A stretch of DNA of 57,553 bases from the sequence record NZ_CP045973.1, one strand, 5' to 3'. How positions within the stretch are numbered: position 1 is the first letter of the stretch; the number at the start of each line of letters is the position of its first letter. Below the pieces are notes generated by a model. It was not told where the DNA came from and did not search any database. It saw nothing but the letters and a program-made list of their open reading frames with translations. Both the position numbers and the translations under genes were made by a program. This DNA is from a plasmid. Positions 51,488-57,553 of the stretch are shown in pieces.

Positions 51488-52960
51488 TGAATCTCTACCC
51501 GAAAAATGAACACTCAAAAAAAAGAGTGTTGTTAGTTTTCGGTATACTTTATTTGAGTTATACAGAAGGGAGTGGGCATTTTGAGTAAAAAGATTTATAA
51601 CCAATCTGAAATTAAAAATTTGGAAAATAATCCGAATATCAAAAGTGTGACAGAGAGAAGCATCACCTATTCATCAGAATTCAAAACAAAGGCAATTAAA
51701 CAGAGCCTACAAGGCATGACGGCCACTCAGATATTTGAACTTGCAGGACTTCCTTTCCGTTTAATTGGAGAAGGAAAAGCGAACCAATCACTGTCTCGTT
51801 GGAAAAAATTATATAAAAGACATGGCGAAGATATATTGCTTCAAGAGACTTGTGGTACTGGTCAGAGTGGTCCATATGGATCAAGAGGACAACTATCGTT
51901 AGAAGAAGCTTTAGAAAAAGCTAATGCCCGTATAGCCTATTTGGAGGGTAATCTTGAACTAGTAAAAAAATTAGAATTGCACGAGAGGAGCGTGAAAAAC
52001 GACAGAAAAAACGACTTAACTAAACAGGAACGCTTTGAATTAATTAACCAAATTATTCGTGAAAATCAACTTGTTGGCATGGTTAATCATTTGTGTAATC
52101 TTGCGGGGGTAAGTAGAAGTGGCTATTATTACTGGCTAAGTAGTAGCTATAAACGAAATGAATGTGAGCGCAATGATTGGGAAGATTTCCAATTGTTATA
52201 TAGGGTATTTCTCGATAAGAAGAAATGTGGCATCGATGAAATAAAAATGGCGCTAGAAAATGAATACAGTATAATAATGAATCATAAAAAAATCAGAAGA
52301 ATTATGCGTAAAAATGCCATTATATCAACAATAAGAGCAGCTAAACCGTATCGTAAAATCATGAAGGCAACTCAAGAAAATGCTACGAAGAAAAATATTC
52401 TCAATCGCCAATTTAATCATAATATGCCATATAAAGTGTTTCTAACAGATATCACTTATCTTCCTTATGGAAGTGGACAATGGGCTTATCTTTCAGCTGT
52501 TAAAGATGGTTCTACTGGCGAGATTGTTGCACACCACTTCTCAACTAGCTTAAAAATGAACTTAGTTTATGAAACACTGGATAAATTGAATGATGTGATT
52601 AAAGATATGCCATTAATGGACAGATATATCCACTCAGATCAAGGTATTCATTATACATATCCTGTTTTCCAGGAAAAAGTAAAAGATATCGGGTTAATTC
52701 AATCCATGTCGAGGCGGGGGAACTGTTGGGATAATGCACCAATAGAATCATTTTTCGGACATATGAAGGATGTAGTATTATCCGAAAGAAGAGAAACACT
52801 ACAAGACCTTTGGTATGCTGTCGAAGAGTATATTGAATTTTACAACAATCATCGTTATCAGAAAAAATTAAAAAAGATGACCCCGACTGCTTATCGGGAT
52901 CATCTTCTGTGGGCAGTATAATGTTCTTTTTTATTTGTTCAGTTTATTGGTAGGGGTTCA
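51488..52960. mobile_element. IS3-family element with single fused transposase ORF
   Basis: IRL 'tgaatctctacccgaaaaatgaacac', imperfect IRR '...gttcagtttattggtaggggttca'. Confidence 0.6.
51572..52921 (+). CDS. IS3-family transposase (fused OrfAB, 449 aa)
   Basis: HTH N-terminus, leucine-zipper, 'HSDQGIHYT...RRGNCWDNAPIESFF' DDE. Confidence 0.85.
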   Translation: MGILSKKIYNQSEIKNLENNPNIKSVTERSITYSSEFKTKAIKQSLQGMTATQIFELAGLPFRLIGEGKANQSLSRWKKLYKRHGEDILLQETCGTGQSGPYGSRGQLSLEEALEKANARIAYLEGNLELVKKLELHERSVKNDRKNDLTKQERFELINQIIRENQLVGMVNHLCNLAGVSRSGYYYWLSSSYKRNECERNDWEDFQLLYRVFLDKKKCGIDEIKMALENEYSIIMNHKKIRRIMRKNAIISTIRAAKPYRKIMKATQENATKKNILNRQFNHNMPYKVFLTDITYLPYGSGQWAYLSAVKDGSTGEIVAHHFSTSLKMNLVYETLDKLNDVIKDMPLMDRYIHSDQGIHYTYPVFQEKVKDIGLIQSMSRRGNCWDNAPIESFFGHMKDVVLSERRETLQDLWYAVEEYIEFYNNHRYQKKLKKMTPTAYRDHLLWAV

Positions 52961-53065
52961 TAATTGGATTTCTTTCTTTTTTATTGCTCGAAAAAAATGG
53001 ATCGTTCTCTATAAGACTCAAAATAAATTGATTTAATACCCTATATAGGGTATAGTTGTGATGAG

Positions 53066-53830
53066 GTGAATGAATTGAGAAGAAAATATGATTTAATGGA
53101 CGAGGATTTAATGAGTGCGGCAGTTGCGAGTGAACGTTGGGGGTTTGATAGCAGTTATGTAAGGCAGTTATATAGAAAATATCCGAATCGATTTTTAGAC
53201 GGAACAATTAGACAATTTGGGAAGACATATGTCATTACGAAGGAAGGAATGGAATACTTGACGGGTCAAGGAGAATTAGAAGCAAAAAATTCAAGAAACA
53301 CCTTAAAAGGTACAAAGAAGATTATCAATATTCTATCTTTCAAAGGTGGCGTAGGTAAAACGACGACAGCAAAGATTATTAATGAAGCACTATATAAGTC
53401 TGGGAAAAATAGTCTATATGTCGATCTCGACTATGAGGCCTTCCCTGCTAAGATAGAGAGTGATTATGTTATATTAGACCAAAGTCCATATGTAAAACAA
53501 GATGAAAGCTTATACCTTGATAAGTCGGATTTCATTATCTTTCCATATGCTGAAAATATAAGTAATATAAAGATTCTAAGTCTAATGAAAGAAGTTATTC
53601 TTAGAGCAAAAGTGCACAATGAATCACTACAAGTTATTTTTGTGAAAACAGGATTGGAGAAAAATAACAACTTTGATAAAGAAGCAAAAAGTTTGAAGAA
53701 GCAAGTTCCCATTATTTTTGCGGATTTTAGCGTGGATAACAGTGAAGAATTGACTAATATAAATGATCAAATTAAAAACGAGAGGTCTGAAGAAATAGAA
53801 AAAATCATTAAGAATATATTGGGAACATAA
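53066..53830 (+). CDS. ParA/MinD-like P-loop ATPase with ~80-aa N-terminal extension
   Basis: Deviant Walker A 'SFKGGVGKTT'. Confidence 0.5.
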   Translation: MNELRRKYDLMDEDLMSAAVASERWGFDSSYVRQLYRKYPNRFLDGTIRQFGKTYVITKEGMEYLTGQGELEAKNSRNTLKGTKKIINILSFKGGVGKTTTAKIINEALYKSGKNSLYVDLDYEAFPAKIESDYVILDQSPYVKQDESLYLDKSDFIIFPYAENISNIKILSLMKEVILRAKVHNESLQVIFVKTGLEKNNNFDKEAKSLKKQVPIIFADFSVDNSEELTNINDQIKNERSEEIEKIIKNILGT

Positions 53831-54035
53831 TCTATAAGTTACTATTATACTCTGACTGAAAACACTCCACCTAATGGAGTGTTTTTTGTTTGCCTATCAC
53901 TAATAAGCAGACATGTTGAAGTAATTATTTTAAAAACACGCTTTTCTATATAATTCACTTGCCAAATAGAACGTTTGTTTGTATAATTTAATACATAAAT
54001 AGAACATTTGTTCTTGTTGGAGGAGGTCATTTCAA

Positions 54036-54379
54036 TGGCTTATCGAGATCGAGGCATGCAAAAGTGGCAAGGCATGATTCTATCTGAACATACAGAACAA
54101 CTAGAACAAGCAAAAAGAAAATTATCCTGGCTACCGCAGCAAACTGAAGAATGCCTGGTACAAATTCTAAGCTATGCGGTTACAAAGCAGCATGCTATAA
54201 CGATACAACGACTTACAGAAGATGAAAATGGTTATCCCCTACCCTTTGTGGTAGGTAGAATCGTTGGCGTGGAAGACGATCGTATTTATCTTAGAGATAT
54301 GGCTGGAGAGATCACTGTGTTGACATTTGACGATCTCAATCATATTTCAGAAGGGACAATCGAAAAATGGTACAGGTAG
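54036..54379 (+). CDS. YolD-like protein (UmuD-analogue partner of Y-family polymerase)
   Basis: GGAGGAGG RBS; sits immediately upstream and overlapping the polymerase gene as in yolD-uvrX pairs. Confidence 0.45.
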
Positions 54380-55647
54380 AAAATTACACCCATGTCCCTT
54401 CTCGCGATATTCTTTGTGTCGATGTGAAATCGTTTTTTGCCAGTGTGGAATGTGTTAAACGAGGATTGGATCCCCTTCAGGCTTTTTTAGTCGTCATGAG
54501 TAATGCAGATCGCGCCGGAGGATTGGTGCTTGCAGCAAGTCCACAAATGAAAAAGGTTTTCCGAATCAAGACAGGATCTAGAAAATTTGAAGTGCCAGAG
54601 GACGATCCTCGCATTGTTATTGCTCCCCCACGCATGAAGTTGTACTTACATGTAAATGAGCTCATCCAGAAAATCTTCCTTCGATATGTATCCAGGGAAG
54701 ATTTTCATGTCTATTCTATCGACGAAGCCTTTTTGGATGTGACACATAGTAAAAAACTATTTGGATCAGCGGAAGTCATCGCAAAAAAGATACAAGCAGA
54801 TATTTTAAAGGAGTTAAGGCTGTATGTCACGGTTGGTATTGGCGACAATCCCCTTCTTGCAAAATTAGCCCTGGATAATGCAGCTAAACATCAAAAATCA
54901 GGTATTGCGGAGTGGCGATATAAAGATGTACCGGAAACTGTATGGAAGATCCGTCCAGTAACTGATTTTTGGGGAATCGGAAAACGTACTGCTTTTCAGC
55001 TAGAGCGAATGGGTATCTATAGCATTTATGGTTTGAGCCAGATGCCTCCCTCCTATTTAAAAAAGCGTTTAGGTGTGATTGGAGAGCAGCTCTACTATCA
55101 TTCGCATGGCATTGATTATAGTCGTTTGTCAGAAAAATATAAGCCAATCGAGAGGTCTTATGGTAAAAGCCAAATCCTCGAAAAAGATTATCATGATCCG
55201 AATCAGATCGCAATTATCATTCAGGAAATGGTCGAAGAAGTAGCGATGCGTTTGCGCAATCATCACGTCGATACCAGCGTCATTCATCTAAGCGCCGGCT
55301 ACAGCCGATATTCCACTAGAAACGGTTTTAGCCACCAAAAAAAGATAATGGCCACCGACAGTAGCAAGGAGCTTGTCCCCTACTTTCTTGAAATGTTTTG
55401 GAAGTATCAGGAAAATGATGCCGTTAGATCAGTTGCGGTTAGCTGCGCAGGCATCAAAAGAAAAACATCGATGCAGCTGAGCGTATTTGAAGACTATACA
55501 AAAACGCTCCAGCAACAGCAGCTAGAGCGTACGATTGATAAGATTCGTGATCGATATGGATTTAATGCATTGATGCATGCTAATAGTTTGATTGATGGTG
55601 CTACCGGGTTGAAACGTTCTGATTTGGTCGGTGGGCATAAAGGATAA
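54367..55647 (+). CDS. Y-family translesion DNA polymerase (UmuC/ImpB/UvrX-like)
   Basis: 'CVDVKSFFASVE' and 'SIDEAFLDVT' catalytic Asp/Glu motifs. Confidence 0.85.
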   Translation: MVQVENYTHVPSRDILCVDVKSFFASVECVKRGLDPLQAFLVVMSNADRAGGLVLAASPQMKKVFRIKTGSRKFEVPEDDPRIVIAPPRMKLYLHVNELIQKIFLRYVSREDFHVYSIDEAFLDVTHSKKLFGSAEVIAKKIQADILKELRLYVTVGIGDNPLLAKLALDNAAKHQKSGIAEWRYKDVPETVWKIRPVTDFWGIGKRTAFQLERMGIYSIYGLSQMPPSYLKKRLGVIGEQLYYHSHGIDYSRLSEKYKPIERSYGKSQILEKDYHDPNQIAIIIQEMVEEVAMRLRNHHVDTSVIHLSAGYSRYSTRNGFSHQKKIMATDSSKELVPYFLEMFWKYQENDAVRSVAVSCAGIKRKTSMQLSVFEDYTKTLQQQQLERTIDKIRDRYGFNALMHANSLIDGATGLKRSDLVGGHKG

Positions 55648-55649
55648 AA

Positions 55650-55697
55650 AGATAATTAGATAAATTTATCTTTTTATCTAATTATCTTTAGATAAAA
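55650..55697. repeat. palindromic 'agataaatttatct' centred element (partition/iteron site)
   Basis: Near-perfect 36-bp palindrome; core repeated at 56990-57010. Confidence 0.55.
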
Positions 55698-55994
55698 CTA
55701 TCTGTTTTTCAATAAATCCTTAAGTATCTTTTGTTGTCTTGGTTCTAGCTTAGTATCCACCCAGTTTTCTAATAAGAGATTTACCAATTCATAATGTTTT
55801 AATTTTGTTTCAAAGAAATTATTAGCTATTGTATCAATTAATAACATATCGTCAGGGTTAACCTTAATATTTTTCCTGTCTTTTGCATTAACTTTTTTTT
55901 CGGAGTTGGACTTTGTATTAACTTTTCTCGATGTATCTGCTTGAGTTTTTACTTGTGCTTGTTCCTTGTCTTTACGATCTATTAATCGAGCCAT
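55698..55994 (-). CDS. small basic partition/adaptor protein (ParB/RepC-like, tentative)
   Basis: 98 aa after ParA, overlapping its stop. Confidence 0.4.
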   Translation of the reverse strand: MARLIDRKDKEQAQVKTQADTSRKVNTKSNSEKKVNAKDRKNIKVNPDDMLLIDTIANNFFETKLKHYELVNLLLENWVDTKLEPRQQKILKDLLKNR

Positions 55995-56945
55995 TAACAA
56001 CAATCTCCTTTCCCAAAGCAGTTACTTTACCAATTTTTGGATTGTAAAAAATTGGTTTATATTGATAGTTATCTAAATCACTGCCGTTTTCAATAAGCTG
56101 CATACGTTCAAGCATCTCTTGTACTATATCAGTATAGAGTGCAAACATTGTTCGATCCCAATGATCTTCAAATTGAACGCCAAATTTACCATATAACTCT
56201 AGTCTTGCGTGATTGTTTATTGTAGTTCCAAATATATTTTCTTTACCAAATTTTTCTTTTGTAGTTTCTAGTATTTTTTCATGCAATTTTCTTTTTTTCT
56301 GTAGTAAAACTGGTAAAATACCAATTATTTCTGTTTTGAAGCGACTGCCAAAATCATCTACTAAGGTATTAAGATAAGTTGAAATAAAGGTGTTTGAGCC
56401 TTCTAATGCAAATTGTTGAGTTTCTTGAACCACAACTAAGTAATCAGCAGCAACTACAGCATTATCTACTTTTAAATCTGTAGAAGGTGGAACATCAATA
56501 AAAATAAAATCATAGTCATCACGAATTTTGTCTATAAGTGAAGAGAGATAAAAAGTTTGTGCTTCTTCAGTTTTGAATTTACCAATTAAAAAATTAACCA
56601 TTTTTCTCATATCGTAACTACCAGGGATAATATCAATATTTTCGTCTAAATTAACAATCGCTTTTGTTAAGTCTCCTTCTTCAATTGCTTTCATTAGTGA
56701 CATGGGGAACTCTATAACATCATAAGTTTTACTCATGAAACTAGTTTCATTACCTTGCATATCTTCATCAATCAATAAAACTTTTTTATTAAAGACATGC
56801 GCAAGAATAATTGCCTCCATAGTGGTGTTGGTAGTTTTCCCTACTCCACCTTTTTGATTTGCATTAATAATAACTCTGCATCGATTATCACTTAGTACTT
56901 TCTGCACTTTTTTATATTCTTCTATATAAGCCGGACTATTAAACA
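55972..56945 (-). CDS. ParA-family plasmid partition ATPase (RepB/delta-like)
   Basis: 'NANQKGGVGKTT' deviant Walker A; AGGAGG RBS before ATG 56945. Confidence 0.8.
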
Positions 56946-56974
56946 TTCTCTCGCCTCCTGTAATATATTTGTAA

Positions 56975-57290
56975 TAAAGATAAAAGGATAAAAAGATAAA
57001 TTTATCTGATAAACACATAATAACATTCCTTGAATTTTATGTAAAGCGAAAAAAGATAAATATTCGGAGGTTATATAAATTATTTGTAGTATAAAGTAAC
57101 ATAGTAACTTATAAAATTAATTGTAAATTGCATAACAGCAATACTTTACAGGAGATAAAAAGATATATAGATAAAAAAATAAAAAGATAATGAGATATAT
57201 AGATAAAAAGATAAAGAGATAAAAAGATAAAAGTATATATAGATAAAAAGATAAAAAGATATTTATATCTTTTTATCAAATATTATATAG
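56975..57290. repeat. iteron array of GATAAAAAGATA-type 8-12-bp repeats incl. 29-bp perfect palindrome gataaaaagatat-tta-atatctttttatc (57223-57251)
   Basis: Read directly; pAD1/RepA_N-plasmid-like iterons next to partition genes. Confidence 0.6.
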
Positions 57291-57553
57291 GAGTAAGCTT
57301 ATTGTGAGAAAAATTGATAGTTTACAAAAAAAAAAACTTGTTGTATTGTGTAAACAACAAGTAAATAAAAAAGGAATCGCCCATGCATTGACCAAAATGC
57401 ACTTTAATGTGTTCGACCAAAAACACATTAAAAAGACGAAACCCTACAAGCTATTAATTTAAAATTGATAAAAAAATTATAGCATAAGTAGGCTTATTTG
57501 ACAATGCTTAAAAGCAAGTTTTCAAGCATTTTTATAAGGTTTTTGAACGTTTC

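Noticed and set aside
57140-57290. Short tandem repeats that superficially resemble a CRISPR array
   Set aside because: Repeat units are only 8-12 bp with no unique spacers. They sit beside ParA genes and include palindromes, consistent with plasmid iterons.

Overview
This window is a low-GC Firmicutes (Enterococcus/Lactobacillus/Staphylococcus-type) mosaic plasmid accessory region, densely packed with insertion sequences and cargo modules. No rRNA, tRNA or CRISPR array was seen.

Backbone and mobilisation: a theta-type Rep gene with a PriCT-like domain at the left edge; an RHH/relaxase mobilisation module with a phased 16-bp repeat array; a ParA/small-partner partition module with pAD1-like iterons and palindromes at the right edge.

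Mobile elements: one complete and one partial IS21-like copy (istAB), in inverted orientation. Three IS6 (IS1216-like) copies, two of them nested. One complete IS3 with orfAB, one fused IS3-family transposase, IS3 and ISLre2-like fragments, and a complete Tn5422-like Tn3-family cadmium transposon (tnpA-tnpR-cadC-cadA) with 36-bp IRs.

Metal and stress cargo: a staphylococcal-type copB plus an mco gene truncated by the transposon IR; an SPC-motif P1B-4 ATPase preceded by a candidate metal riboswitch; nox; an orphan opuAC-like binding protein; clpL; a YolD/UmuC-like pair.

Toxin-antitoxin and Fic: a MazEF pair, a PemK-like gene and a Fic gene.

Defence-type candidates: (a) a translationally coupled SIR2-HerA pair flanked by resolvase sequences; (b) an uncharacterised two-gene cassette (588 aa with a PD-(D/E)xK-like N-terminus, plus 246 aa) between an IS3 and a resolvase; (c) an orphan Cas5-like RAMP protein followed by a double zinc-ribbon/AP2 protein, with no other cas genes or array.
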